A DNA stretch of 64,000 nt from the human T2T-CHM13v2.0 reference genome, Homo sapiens, in the NCBI RefSeq assembly GCF_009914755.1, contig NC_060925.1, one strand, 5' to 3'. A model generated the notes under the pieces. That model worked only from the letters and a program-made list of their open reading frames with translations. It made no database searches and had not been told where the DNA came from. Of this stretch, positions 1-13,612 are shown in pieces. Both the position numbers and the translations under genes were made by a program. The first letter of the stretch is position 1. Every line of letters starts with the position of its first letter.

Positions 1-170
1 AAGTTGAACAATTCAAATTTTATATGCTTGCAAGAGTATTTAAGAGTAATCACCGCACAAGAATATCTCAATGCCCTGAAATCTTGCAGCTCTTTTATGA
101 AAATACTTAAAAAAATTTTTTCAAAAATTGACAACAATCATAAAAATGTGTATGACATTAAAATAAATGA
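1..170 (+). mobile_element. Possible ancient hAT DNA-transposon remnant (transposase C-terminal region)
   Basis: ttttcaaaaattgacaacaatcataaaaatgtgtatgacatta resembles the decayed F-x-x-L-T-T-I-L-K-I-Y-M-T-L segment of hAT dimerisation domains; no TIR visible. Confidence 0.3.
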
Positions 171-1170
171 ATATATTATATAATATATGTAAAGAGGTTT
201 TGAAAAGATGTGTGACTCCTCTGTGTTTTTTTTGTTCTAAGACCAATCTAATTTTGATAAAATACTGCAGTATTTACATCATTGCTCAAATTGTATCACA
301 TCGCATTGAGTTGCCATGTCTCCTCAGTGTCCTCTGGTGTGTTACAGTTTCTTAACGTTTCCTTGTTTTTCATGACCTTGATAGTTTTGAGGGGTATCAG
401 TCAGGTATTTTGTAAAGTGTCCTTCAGTTTTGGTTTATCTGCTGTTTTTCTTATGATTAGACTGGGGTTATGAGTTTTTAGAAGACTACCACAGAGGTGA
501 AGTGCCCTACTCCTCCCATTGTATTAGCAGGCACTTCATGTGCACATAAGACCACTGCTTCACCTTTATCAGGTTGAGATAGTAGTGCTTGCCAGGTATC
601 TTCACTGTAATTGTACTCTTTTTTCTCATCCATTCACTATTCTTTGGGAGTAAGTCACTAAGTCTAGCCCATTCTTGGAAGAAGGGGTAGGGAAGACTAA
701 ATTTCATCTCTTAGAGAGCTTATTTGGGATAACTAAGCTTCATTATTTGCAATTCTTGAATAAAGATGATTTCTCATCATTTACTTATATCCAAATAGAC
801 TTGTAATATTTATTTTATATTACATTATTTATTTTTTAGTTGAAATTGTGCCAGTTTTTGCCATTGGGAATTCTTTCAATTGGCTTCTGTGTCCCTTTGA
901 CACATCTCTATCCTTTGCTTTTTTTTTTTTCCACTTTCTTACTTTCTGCCACTGTAAGAGATTCCAGGTTCATTTTGTATTTTTCTTGCCCTAACCCTAC
1001 AATTAACCATTTCTTCAAGGAGCCTTGGTTTACTTGGGTAAAATGGTATTTAGAAACCAAGATCTAGGTGCTGTCTGTGCACACTGCCACTGGGTTATCA
1101 TTGCTTCTAGGACCTCTCAACCAACACAACTATTATGTATACTATTAGGTGTACATGCATATCTTTAGTT

Positions 1171-1171
<1 letters not shown>

Positions 1172-1229
<58 letters not shown>
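1172..1229. repeat. (TA)n-(CA)n compound microsatellite
   Basis: Visible directly in the sequence. Confidence 0.95.
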
Positions 1230-1576
1230 TATATAGTATATTATGTATATAGTACATACATTTATATATACTAATTTATGTGTACATGAATATCTATGCT
1301 TGTTTCTGTATCTATCCATTCGCATCTATAGTAAGCTAAAAATAAGTTCATGCAGATGTCTCCAACTCTGATCCACTACTATGGAGTTTATTTTAGCCTT
1401 CCCCTCTTGCTTAGCTATAACTTTATTCTCCAACAGTGAGAAAGGTGACACCCAATATCCATCTTCCTTTTACTTATTTATCCAATCCCTATATATATAT
1501 TAACCTTTCAGAAGGGCTAACATGTACCTCTATGAGAAAAATAAATGAAAACGAAAACAGAGTACAGTGTTTATGT

Positions 1577-1845
1577 AACAGGATCTTACTCTGTCACTCA
1601 GGCTGGAGTACAGTGGCACAATCATGGCTCACTTCAGCCCCAGGCTCAACTGACTCTTCCACCTCAGCCTTCCAAGTATCTAAAAATACAGATGCGCACC
1701 TCACCTGGCTAATTTTTGTATTTTTTTATAGAGAAGAGGTTTCACCCTGTTGCCAGGCTTATCTCAAACTCCTGGGCTCAAGCTATTTCCTCACCTCAGC
1801 CACCCAAAATGCTGGGGATACAGGCGTGAACCATCACACCAGGTC
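1577..1845 (-). mobile_element. AluJ (diverged, poly-A tail lost)
   Basis: Antisense Alu text caggctggagtacagtggcacaatcatggctcac...ctcctgggctcaagc...caggcgtgaaccatcac, with J-type diagnostics. Confidence 0.9.
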
Positions 1846-3617
1846 TAAAGTTCCTTTTTTTGTCCTTGACTCTACAGTTTCTCTATTTTCATTTATAATT
1901 TACATTTAAAGTTTAGCTTTACAGTCAAAACATTGTTTTCCAAAGCTACATAGGTCAGCTCTCTTTACCTCCATCTCATTCAGTGCAAATATATCATATA
2001 CTTGTTAACAGTTTAATTAATTTGCCCTTCCACATGCTGGTTGATGTTTTAGTTTTCTTAGTTTGCATGCGTTAAAGTTTACTCTTTTTGATGTACAGCT
2101 CAATGAGTTTTGACAAATGCATAGAGTCATGTATCATCACCCAGTTCTACTATTTCTTTTAACTCAGCAAGGTAAGTCCAGGTCCTTACCTCCACCTAAA
2201 AGTTCTGCCATCAAGGAACATCTGCTCATTATCTTCTGTTCACACATCAAATGACTTCAATGTGATCCCTGGATGTTCTCCAAAGAGCTGAAGGGAAATA
2301 AATATTCTTTCTTTATCACCAAATACTTCAACTGCACAGTGATTGTGCTACCAAGGCCTGAAACTTCGGAAAAACCTGCATAACACAAAATATAAAGTAA
2401 GTGCATCTCTGAGGTAATTTTATGAGTATAATATAAAAGAAGAAAGTAAGGACTTATCTTTCAAGCACACAGTTGATGCAGTGTGCGTTTGTTCCATCTT
2501 TATTTTCTCGATTTTCCTATTGTATGTATAGCATGTTTACCAGATTGGGATCAATAATATATTTCAAATTGTTTCTATAATTATAATTTAGGCTCCATCA
2601 TTTTTAGCTATTTTAACTATCAGTGTTGCAAATTCAAAAGAATTCCACTTTATAAAAGCACACCATTAGTAGGCCATCTCATTATTATCTGTATAAATCA
2701 TTTAAATATATTAGTAGTATTATCTTGGCCAATTGTTTTAGTATATAATTCTTTTGTTAATTCAGCATATTTTCCCACTAATAATATTTTTCTAATTATT
2801 TAATTTTGTCTTGCCTTCTATAACATGTTTTGAATCTGAATAATTATCACCTTTCATTTAATTTGTTCCCTTAGAGATAGAGAATACATGGTTGTAACAC
2901 CTTATAAATCTCTTATTAAATTGATAAAGTTTACTCTTTCCTGGCTTTTTATGGAGATTAACAGAAGATCCTTGAAAACATTTTCTAAAAGCTGGCCTGG
3001 AACACAAAGCTCTCAGGTCTCCACATTAAAGTATTTTGCTTTGCATTCAAGGTTGTCAACATGATGTGTGGGCTTCTGCTTTTGCAATTATTTTAAATGT
3101 AGTTATTAAGTTCCTTTGGGAAATTGTTTTCCAGCTCTTGCATTTTCTTACATACCTCTTCTTTTATTTAGCCAAGATGCTAAAAGTGTGCTTCTTTTGA
3201 TAAATATACTTGCTTTTCATTAAAAAATGAAGAAAGATAGGGGTGCATGGAGGCTACAAGAAGATAAAACATAGTGCTCAGAGAAAAGAGAAATTATTAT
3301 ACTTAGCCAAACTTCAATTTTAGAAAGTTATTAGTATTTTATCCCAAAATAAAATTTAAGGTAAGCACAACTTTAACTTAGAAAAATATTCAGCATAATT
3401 ATTTGCATAATTACTTTCTAGCTTCAAAGTAAAATAGAAGAAAACATGTTCAAGTTTTTATTAGGAGATGGGACTTGTAAAGCAATTTAATAACTTTAAG
3501 AATCAAGTATCTTCTGAATGAAATGAAATATGCACAATTTTGTTCTTAATTGTCAAATTAAGGATGTCATCAATCTGATTAAAGGCTTTTAATTGAGTTG
3601 TCATCAAAGAGATGAAC

Positions 3618-3813
3618 AAAGGATGGCAAATATCTAGCACAAAGAATACCACTCTTTGATGACATGCCCATGGCCGACATCACTAATTAATCACAGCACC
3701 TTTTTCCACTGTTATCAGTGGAAGTTTCCAAATTTTTCTTGTCATGGTCCTGCTAGGCACCAAATGCCCAGCATATAAAGACAAAGAAAAAGTTAAACTT
3801 ATTTACCATTGAT
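3618..3813 (+). mobile_element. MER117-like hAT-Charlie non-autonomous DNA transposon
   Basis: ggatggcaaata...cccatggccgacatcactaattaatcacagcac...ttatttaccat; degenerate TIRs. Confidence 0.6.
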
Positions 3814-5449
3814 TATATAACTGCAAACTCATCTCCCTGAGTTATCAAATGCATGAGAAACATTCTCTTATGTGGATGTAATTGTAGAGGTTGCATTATT
3901 TCTTGACTAATCCCAATAAAACTCATTAAATGTCATGCAATTCCACAGGGTTTATCATGGTATATATTATTTCCACATAGATAATATTATAAATTAACAA
4001 CAAAACTTCTTACTTAAGAATATGATAAACTTTTTGAAAGATCTGCTATACTGTTCATTCCATGTATAGTAGAGGACTTACCACCACGGACATGGAGATT
4101 GAGTGATAAAGTCACTTAACAAAATAGTGAAATACATACATCTATTTTAATGAAACTTAGAGAATATGAGGATTATGAGTAGAATTAATACAGTGAAATA
4201 ATGAGTATTGATTTACATTTCATAAATCATTACATAAAAGTAATGATTTACATTTACTGGGAGCTATATAAAAATCAACAAATCAATCCACACTAAGTTA
4301 GTTTAGCTTCAGTTTTACACCTCCTGGGACAGGAATTGTGTAGCCTACAAAACAATTTATATTTTATCTGTACCATCTAATTAATTAAATGGCCCCAGAG
4401 TACCAGACTCACAAATCTCGTTAATAGCTGAATGCGGAAATAAAGGCTGTTCACCCCTACTAGAATAATATTTGCATATCCCCACCTGTGATGGGTAATA
4501 AGTACCTGCCACAAATCAGAATTATGAATTTTGTACGCCTAACAAAACCGCAGGGGAAATTATACCTCAGACATTCCATAATAATTGCAGCTAAGCTGTT
4601 TAGTGCCATCCACTTATTCTGCCTGAAGTGTTTAAAGCAGCAACAGTTGTAAATGAATTCAGGCACATATTCAAGGGAATGTCTTTTTTTTTTTTTCAAA
4701 AAGTTTTTCTGTCTTGCCATATGTAATTATCTTTATGGAAGTATTCAGCTGCGAGTTATAATGCATTCGCATTCAAAGAAGCAAATTAGAAAAAAAAAAA
4801 GAGGGTTCTGTCCATCAGACCATTAGATGTGTACTAGAATTCTGTTTTTGAGATTTTGGAACAGCTTAAGGTAGGTTTTGAGGTATTGACACTCTAAACC
4901 TTAGGTTGACTAGCTGGAGTGGGATTCTACTTGTTCAGTCTGTAAATTGGTAAAATTAGATTCAGAGTAGATAGTCCAAGAAGTTGTGACATTAAGATGG
5001 AGCAAATGCTGGACTAGTAACCCCAGGTTTCAAGATTACATAATGTGGCCCATCTTTAAAATGGTTTTTCTGAGCTCCAGGATTGACTGTGGAGTTCACA
5101 GGCTCCTGGGAGGAATCTAGCCTGAGAGCACTGCAATCCTAGACCTTGGGCGGGGAATGATGGGAGTTGCAAAGGGCACATTTATCTTATTGCTAAGCTC
5201 ATACAGGGGAAGTGCCATGACAGTGACCAGCATAGAGTGTCACACTATAGGAAATAATAAGTACCTTGGTATTAACCATTAATTGCAATGACCATGTTCT
5301 GATTAAATATAGTATCTAATTAAATGACAAATAACTCCAATAGGGACAAGACGTAACCTGTTTAGGAGGTATGGAAGTTACTTAACAATTTTGATGGCTG
5401 TGAGGTACATTGTAGGGATTAACTAAATACTAGAAGACCTAATGTCACC

Positions 5450-5600
5450 TCTTGCTAAGTATTGACCTTGAGATCTTGAACAAGTCAATTTCTCTGAAAT
5501 TTTCTTCCCTCATCTATAAAATGTTATCAGAAGTAGTTTCATCTATTTACTAACTGACCAACAAAATCATCTACTTCTTGAGATGGTTGTGTGCCTCAGT
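5450..5600 (+). mobile_element. MIR fragment
   Basis: MIR core cttgaacaagtcaatttctctg...ttccctcatctataaaatg. Confidence 0.6.
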
Positions 5601-5812
5601 AGTTACACTGTATGCACCTTAGGATCACACTACAAGTGATTGCCACTATTTTATTTTCCCATTAGGGATCTGGCTGATTAGCTGCCTGCCTGAACCAAGT
5701 TTCTCCATTAAAGAGACTTTACTACAAATGGGAAGGAAGGGCATAGGAGAGAATATACATAGGAAAGAAATACAATCGTTCAAAGATAAAGAATGTCTTC
5801 CTACCTATCTAG

Positions 5813-5840
5813 GGTGTGTGTGTGTGTGTGTGTGCGCGCA
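5813..5840. repeat. (GT)n(GC)n microsatellite
   Basis: Visible directly in the sequence. Confidence 0.9.
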
Positions 5841-7104
5841 CTTAGCCTGAGTGTGTACATAAAAACTGCTCATTTTAAAAGGGTTTTAAAAATAATTAGG
5901 ATTTATATATTTTTAAAAGAGTGAGCAGAGTGCAATGAGTCACCAAGAGGTGATTAAGTCAGGTTGTTTGAGGCTCCCTGAGGTGACAGGATGGTCTGTA
6001 GGCTTTAGAAAGAAAGCTTATATAGCCTATTACCATGATGAAGTGAAATTTAAAATTACATTTTATATTTGTAAAGGGCTAACAGGCAAGGTCCCTATGG
6101 ATTGTCAAATACTACATAAAATGCTATAAAAACCAGACCGTAATCTCTCACTAACTTACACATTAGCCTCAGGCAGTAAAGATGGTTTTTATTGGAACCA
6201 GATTTTGTGAGGGGAAAAAAAAAAGTTATGCACAGTTTATTCTGGCTTTTCAGGCACTTTGCTTCTTCCTTGAGTTAACATGACGTATTCCAAGTGATTA
6301 AATAAACTTATCTAGCAGCTCTTTTCATGCACTTGAAAGAGGCAAAGTAAAGAAGGATTTACTCTGAAGAGAGGTCTTAATTCTATCACTGAAAAGTGTC
6401 TCTGTTTTATTCCAATCATTACTATGAAAACCAAGAAAGGCAAGAAAAAATTAAAGCTTCTGAAAAAGCCTTTTGTAGAGAACTGCTTGTACTCCATGTA
6501 CTATTTCACTTACCACCTTGTACCTTTGAAGATCAAAAGTAATACGTGTGGGAAGAATTCAGAACACATTGGAGATATTATTGTCAGTGCCATGAATGCA
6601 ACCCAGGAAAATAATAGTTTGGATGTTAGCTCCTTTGTTATCACTGAAGTGCTAAGCAAGGCTGGTCAAATATTTTGATGGACTGGTAAATTTTTTCGTC
6701 TTCAAGAGTAACTAACTTTGAACAGCTTACGGTCATATTTACAGCATGTGGCAGATTTATAAATGATCTCTAGATTCAACTGTCAAGCAGTGAGCCTATT
6801 GGTGTCTTTGGTTTTGTGCTTCTTTCAAGAGTTAGAGATTTGTAGTAGCCTATAAGCCAGGTGTAAGATTTTATGTGGAGACAAACTTGGGGCTTTTTAG
6901 ATATGGTTGTTTGGCCATTTACAGAGCTAGCTTGAGCAGATATTCAAAGTTCTGATCTCCCCTAATGTTTCAGTTGTGCTGGTTGAGGACTAACCCTCCG
7001 TGATTTAGCAGTCAAGGGGTAGAAGGTGGTGGCCAGTGTGAGTCTTGAGAATCCCAAGTAGGTGGCCCATGTTTAATTACATGCCTTAGGAACTCTAGAA
7101 AAGT

Positions 7105-7290
7105 TGGTATGGTAAAAAGCACACATGGCTTTGTTGTCAAACTGACCTTTATCCCAATCTTATACCCATCAATTACTAGCCATGACTTTAGGTAAATTAC
7201 CTTCTCTGAGCTTCAAGGAGTTCTTTGTTTTTGTTTGTCATCTATAAAGTGATGCCTACCTCAAAATATTTTTGGAAAGATGAAATAAAA
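7105..7290 (+). mobile_element. MIR
   Basis: tactagccatgactttaggtaaattaccttctctgagcttc...tcatctataaagtg. Confidence 0.65.
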
Positions 7291-7529
7291 TCTCAAGTAG
7301 AACCAGGGTTAAGTCATCTCACTGGAGCATGGATTTTGTGTATCCCGGAGCCCTAACCTTTAAGAGATAACCAGCAAAACAGAAGCCCTCAAAGTCTGAG
7401 ACATAGTGGTTAAAAACAAAGATGCTTTTAAAAAGGAAAAAGAAATCAAGTATTCATTGCTATAGAAAGACCTAATAAAATAGAAATTAAAACAATCTCT
7501 CCCTCAACTTACACCCTCTCCAGCTACCG

Positions 7530-7652
7530 TTTTTCACCCCTTTTCCACTAGCATCTTCCTTTACTTTACTAAACTGTCCTCATCACGGTCAAAAATAAAT
7601 TTATTGTTGCTAAACACAAAAATCACTTTCTGGTCCTCATTTTATTAGACCT
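7530..7652 (+). mobile_element. L2 RT-region fragment
   Basis: aaactgtcctcatcacggtc...gttgctaaac...ctggtcctcattttattagacct matches the L2 ORF2 pattern. Confidence 0.55.
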
Positions 7653-7659
7653 AAAAGTA

Positions 7660-7873
7660 GTACAGTTTGGAGAGTTGGAAAGGAAGCATTGTACATGGAA
7701 AGAGCTCAGAGTGAGTGTTTCGATGATGAATTGTCATCTTAGTAAATGCTTGAACTTGGAAAAGCTATTGGACGATTCTGAGCTCATTTTCCTTACTTGT
7801 TATCAGAACAAAAATCCCAGCCTTATTTATGAGGGTCTGCTAAGGACTAAGTTCTGATAACAATGCACGGAAA
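7660..7873 (+). mobile_element. MIR
   Basis: tgaacttggaaaagctatt...ttctgagctcattttccttacttgt...gagggtctgctaaggactaa. Confidence 0.6.
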
Positions 7874-7879
7874 TATCTA

Positions 7880-8296
7880 CAGCTGCTCCTTGACTCTTGA
7901 TAAGGTTACAATCCTTCAAAGCCATTGTAAGCTGAAATACTTTAAGTAAAAAATGCACTTAATATACGCAACCTAGTGAATATACCCAACCTGCTAAATA
8001 CCTAGCCTAGCTTAAATGTGCTCAGAACACTTACATTAGACTATAGGTGGGCAAAATCATCTGGCAACACAGTAGAGAACCGGTTGCTCACCCTTGTGAT
8101 CACAGGATTAACTGGAAGCTGCGGGTCCCTGCTGCTACCCAGAACCACAAGAGAGTATTGTACCTCCTATCACTAGCCTGGAAAAAGATTAAAATTCAGA
8201 ATTCAAGTATGGTTTCTATTGAATGCATATCACTTTTGCACCATCATAAAATCAAAAAATTGTTAAGTTGAAACATCGCAAGTTGGGAACCATCTG
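7880..8296 (+). mobile_element. MER47B-type Tigger (TcMar) non-autonomous DNA transposon
   Basis: cagctgctccttgactc...tgtgctcagaacacttacattag...aagttgggaaccatctg, flanked by TA at 7878-7879 and 8297-8298. Confidence 0.85.
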
Positions 8297-8654
8297 TAGT
8301 ATCATGCTTGGAATGCAATAAGTGTCCAGTGAGTTATTTGGCTTTCCGTTTTTCCTGACACAAAATGCAACCACATAGCAGCCACCTTCATTTTCTTCTA
8401 CCTTCTTATTGTGCAAGCTCCTCCGGATTAAAAAACATATTTTAAATATCCATAATCTACAGTCGTTGGCATAGTGTTGGAAATAAAGTGCATGTTCCAT
8501 AAATTCTTACTGGTTGAATGAAGACAAAAAATAGTTTACTGATACAGAGAAGTTCCCATAGAGGCAATATTTGGTGGTTTCCTTTTAGTAGACAAATGTT
8601 TGTGAAGGATAGTTTTGGATTTATCATGGGAGGTTGATGACACCAAATCAGATA

Positions 8655-8925
8655 CAGTCTGCCCTCTGTATTCATGCATTCTGTATCTGCATATTTGGGG
8701 AAAAAATAAAAATAATAATCCAAATAAAAAATTAATATAGTATAACAATTACATAGTATTTACATTACTTTAGATATAAGTAATGTAGAGATGATTTAAA
8801 GTATATGTGAGGATTGCATAGGTTATAAGCAAACACTACATTATTATAAGAGTCTTGAGCACCGGCAGATTTTGGTATCTGTGGGGTCCTGGAAGCAATC
8901 CTGCATAAATACTGTGAGAAAACTG
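8655..8925 (-). mobile_element. MER2/MER2B Tigger-family element
   Basis: cagtctgccctctgtattc...gagatgatttaaagtata...gattttggtatctgtggggtcctggaagcaatc...aactg, with TA on both sides. Confidence 0.85.
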
Positions 8926-8959
8926 TATCATGAAAAGACTATACATTGATAATCAATAA

Positions 8960-9190
8960 TATATTTCAAGCCTTTATTATGGACACATTATAGTAAGTGC
9001 TTTATTGCATTACTTCATTTAATCATCATTCAATCTTCAAGAAAACTGCTTTATCCCCATTTTACGAAAGAAATGATTGCTTACACAGTTAGGCAAGCAG
9101 CCGAGATTACACACCGTCTGAGAGGAGACCTGAGTTTAAACCCAAATCTAGCTGTTTTACACAGACTATGATCTTAGCCATTATGCTATG
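8960..9190 (-). mobile_element. MIR
   Basis: taagtgctttattgcattacttcatttaatc...ttatccccattttac...gagtttaaacccaaatct. Confidence 0.7.
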
Positions 9191-9324
9191 TGTCTGGATC
9201 CCCACCAAATACAAGTTCTGAATAGACGACCTACACGGCCCTCCCTGCCATGGCTGCTGCCAACTTTGGCTTTTCACGTGCGCCTTCCCCTTCTCTTTTA
9301 CAACCATACTAATCCTAATCTCCT

Positions 9325-9681
9325 TTCATTTTTTTTGGTATAAATTTATGGGGTACAAGTATAATTTTTTTACATGCATAGATTATGTAGTGGTGAAATC
9401 AGGGGCTTTTAGGCCATCACCCAAATAACATGCATTGTACTCATTGAGTAATTTCTCATTCTCTCCCACTCTCTCACCCTCCTTAGACAGCAATGTCTAT
9501 CATTCCACACTCTATGTCCATGTGTACTCATTATTTAACTCCCACTTATAAGTGAGAATATGCAGTATTTGTCTTTCTGGGTCTAACTTGTTTCACTTAA
9601 AATTAGGGCCTCCAGTTCCATCCATGTTACTGCAAAAGACACTATTTCATTCTTTTATGGCTGAATAGTATTCATTGTATA
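9325..9681 (-). mobile_element. 5'-truncated L1PB4-like 3' end
   Basis: Poly-T start, atggggtacaagt, cccacttataagtgagaatatgc; 9-bp TSD taatctcct at 9316-9324 and 9682-9690. Confidence 0.85.
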
Positions 9682-9753
9682 TAATCTCCTCCACATGAGC
9701 TGTCTTGAATATGTTTCTTCTTGCCACTGAACCACCTGATTACTCTTCTGATG

Positions 9754-9930
9754 GAAGGCAGTATGGCAATGGTTTGGATGGAGTATGAGCCTGAAACCAG
9801 GTGAAAGCTAATGATAATATGTATGACTTTGAGCAACTCAGTCTTTGGATGACATAATGATAGATACTTACAAGATTATTTTAGTGACAGAGATAATGAT
9901 GCAACACACTTTAAACAGCATTGATTATTA
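9754..9930 (+). mobile_element. MIR (degenerate)
   Basis: ggcagtatggcaatggtt...tatgactttgagcaactc. Confidence 0.5.
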
Positions 9931-10370
9931 AAATGATGAATACTTTTATTCTAGTTTCAAGGTTTCTAGTTGAAATTATGGTGTGAAGTTTGGTAAACCT
10001 TTTAATGTTCATTTTAGTTGTACCCAACATAAATGCTTGTTAATATGTTTCCTTATATATTGTGTCTTCAAAAGAGAAGCAAGATATGAAAATCAGTAAT
10101 TGAAATTGGCATGTAAATGGGAGGAGCTTTTTTAGGGATTGCCAGGGGAAAAGGCCACATATGAAACATTGATTTATCTGCTTTTGTAAAAGACCAGAGA
10201 AATAAAGCAATAACTTTTGAGATTAAAATCAAAATACATATTAAATTGTATTTGAGCATTATTTTGGCCTGAGACTGAAATTATTTTCTTTAACCCATTC
10301 AGTTTTAATTTATGTCAGATTCAAATTTGGTAATACATTTTACTCATTGCTATTTAAATTCATGACAAAT

Positions 10371-10373
10371 TGC

Positions 10374-10420
<47 letters not shown>

Positions 10421-10486
10421 ATGCATGCTGTATATATATATATATGCCATGCATGCTGTATATATATATATATGCCATGCATGCTG
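10371..10486. repeat. (TA)n microsatellite merging into a 28-bp unit repeated three times
   Basis: gccatgcatgctg recurs at 10418, 10446 and 10474, separated by TA runs. Confidence 0.95.
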
Positions 10487-11289
10487 TTATGTTTTGGAGA
10501 ATATTATGAATTCAAAATGGATATCCTTGTTAAAATATAATAAACTTTTTTTTCTATTTCAAAAACATATAGTTTATAAACTGTGACTGTCTTAATAAAT
10601 GCTGGAATTCTCCCATAATCGTCTTAGGGATTTGTTTACCTAAGATTTTCACACACTTATGACTAAATCAGGAATTACTAAGACCAGGCCATATATCAGC
10701 AAAAAATCCTTATAATCAGTTGGGCTGTGAATCTTTCCAACTAGATGTTTTTAATTTCTGCAACAGATTTTTCAATGCATAATCTCACAGCTTTGTTAAA
10801 GACTGGTTAAGCAAAACCTGAAGTATATGAAAGGTGGTTTCTATGTCTATGTGTAGGGTAAGTAGATCTTTGGAAGGTTCACCCAGTTTTTTAAAAATCT
10901 AATCATCAATCACATCTCTACAAAAGGCTTCTTCTGTTCTTCTTTTTCTATTTTTCAAGATTCATTTCCATTATCAAAGATATTTAGTACTTCTATAAGA
11001 TTTACCACATTAAATAATTAGTACAACCTTCTTTACTTGGCATTTAAGAACACCCAGATTACCCTGCAAAATATACAGAATGAACAACGGAAGTGGTCTT
11101 TCAGGAGACACAAAATAATATATCCTTGGCTACTAGGATCATCACTTTGCTGTATCATATTGCATAACTAATTTTTTTGAGTCTTTATTTTCTTAAGTGT
11201 AATGGAGGATTTCTAAGGTCTGCTATAGATCTTGAAGTCCATTTGTCTCTGACTTAACCCTTTCAGACGTATTTTCAACGAGTTCCCTA

Positions 11290-11692
11290 CATGTTTCACT
11301 AGTTCCAGCTAAACCGGACTACCTACTAATTCATGCATGTGCCCATTATCTTTTCTGTCTTCTATTCTTTTGGCATTACTGATTTCTTTCTACAAAAAGT
11401 TCTCTCCCATTTCTGTCATTTCAAACCCTTCCAGTTCTTTACAATTCCTTTCTTACCATCCTCCACCATCAAACCCTCCCAGATTTACAACCCGTGATGA
11501 TATAGTCTCTGAAATTTTGCTCGAAACTCTTTTACTGATGCCGTATGCAGACTTTGGTTACATTGTTTCTCGTTTCATCTTATCTACTAGGCTTGGAAGA
11601 AAGGCATTCTTCTACTGACTTCTGCATTTTTTCTGTAGCACCTAATAGTACATGGCGCATAGTAGGCACTCAATCAAGTGTCTGTAGAATGG
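11290..11692 (+). mobile_element. L2 3' end fragment
   Basis: Ends tagcacctaatagtacatggcgcatagtaggcactcaatcaagtgtctgtagaatg, the typical L2 terminus. Confidence 0.65.
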
Positions 11693-13311
11693 GAAGTCTG
11701 GTCTATTATTCTGACACAATGCAAATGGTAAAATGATCTCCTGTTAAAAAAAAAAGCTTTTGGCCATTTATTCAGCATTCATTTAGTGCATCATTTTTGA
11801 TTGTTCAAAGATGCAGTTTAATACTCTTTTTTATTATACTATATGAGTATTAGCTCTCCCCTGACAGTAAGACAGGGAGAAAGATGATGCCATTTGGCTC
11901 TTTCTTTTCTCCAAGCTATTATGCAAAGAATAAGCTCTAAGTGATAAGGTCATACCCCTGTGTCCAACAAAAAACCAGGTTGCTTCTTAAACATCTCAGA
12001 CCATTTCCTGTAATCAGTTAACAAATTCTGCCTGATTAAAATGTGCACAATTTTCCATTTGCTTAATTTTTGTTAAAATTTTTGGATTAAACTATGTAAG
12101 AAATTTTTGTCTGTTCCTCCTTTCCTGCAAAAACATTATTCCTTCATAAATGAATCTCTAATTGGAATTTAAATGGTCATTTTCCAATAACTAAAGCTTT
12201 CTCCATGGATGTTAAAGCAAAGGCAACCCACATTTCCTACTATCCCTTCACCCTCAATATTATGATGGAAGCTCTATAGATCCAGCGGATTTTGGCAGAA
12301 GAGGTCTAGTTGAATCATCTCAAAGCCCTGGAGTTTTGGGCCTCTGGCTATTACGACTGAGCAGCTACGAGTATGCAGAAATTGATGCTTTGTTTGCCCT
12401 GAATCCCTGTGCCATCTGTACCACACAGAAAGCACTGTGAACTTAGTCATTAAAAATGAATATTTAACAGTTCACTTTTGACATGCATTTTTAAAATTTA
12501 AATTAAACTTTTTTTTTTTTTTTAGTTTTTATTTGTACCTTCTCAAATTTCTTGGTCCCAGCTGTCCTGTGTATCATTGTGCTGGCATCATTCTGTATTG
12601 ACCTTGGTAAAATCAGCAATTATAGATTATCAAATAGAAATCCTCTTTTAACCCTTGAATCATTTTCATGATAAACAATCAGGACAGTCCCATGTCGCTT
12701 CAAGATTTGCTCATTTGTGTTTACTAAAAAACATCAGGGTTGGAATACATATACAGGAGGTTTATAATGCCTCTTTTTTTGTTATATTTGTTGATCTCAT
12801 GTGCTTTAAACCATTTATTTTTTTCAGGTCATTGTAGCCTTGTGATGAGTTAAAATTAATGTCTTTTCATAGATTGTTTAATAAATGTACATTGAACGAT
12901 AATAGTTCTGAACCATTATCGAAGTGGTAGCATGCATGCATGATTTCTCTACAGAGATCCTCTAGGTTGAAGACATTTATGACAACATAATCATTGTAGT
13001 GTAATATGTAATACCTATAAGCAATTTTTACTAAGATCAATGACTGTTGCTGGTCCCAAGACTGAGAAATTCTTAAGAACATCTCTATAGTGAAAATTAA
13101 AATAGTGCAATCTTTTCATATTTAAACATTAAAACAGAATTTAGAGCCCTAAGCCTTCCAAACCTTGTAAAAGGACAATAGTGAGGTGTCAGAGGGAGAA
13201 TGAGATCTGCCCATTCTTTCGAGCACCATATATGGCACTTCACAATCTCGCCTTGCCTAATAATAAAGAGTTTAATCCTGTAGCTACAACCTGTTGAAAA
13301 TTGCTTTAGTC

Positions 13312-13581
13312 CAGGGCTTGTCACCCTTATTCTTAACATATTTTGGGCTGGATAATTTTTACTGTATGTTCTTATGCATTGCAGAATGTTTAGCAGCTTC
13401 CTTGGCCTCTACCCATTAGGTTCCAGATGCTAGTAGCACCACCTTCCCAACTCATGACAAATATATATATATACACACACACACACAAATATATGTATGT
13501 ATATATACACATACATGTATATGTATGTATATATATATACACATACATGTATATGTATGTATATATACACATATATGTATA

Positions 13582-13612
<31 letters not shown>

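Larger units (their letters stand above)
290..2150 (-). mobile_element. Old L1 3' UTR fragment (L1MC4/L1MC-like), interrupted by a microsatellite and an AluJ
   Basis: Typical antisense L1MC 3' text: gcattgagttgccatgtctcc...catgaccttgatagttttgagg...gattagactggggttatg and tgtacagctcaatgagttttgacaaatgcata. Confidence 0.6.

Noticed and set aside
2165-2195. Consensus splice donors on both strands (aag|gtaagt and minus-strand gag|gtaagg)
   Set aside because: No convincing paired acceptor or reading frame could be established.
10418-10486. Regularly spaced short repeats resembling a CRISPR array
   Set aside because: The spacers are identical TA runs, the context is eukaryotic and there are no cas genes.
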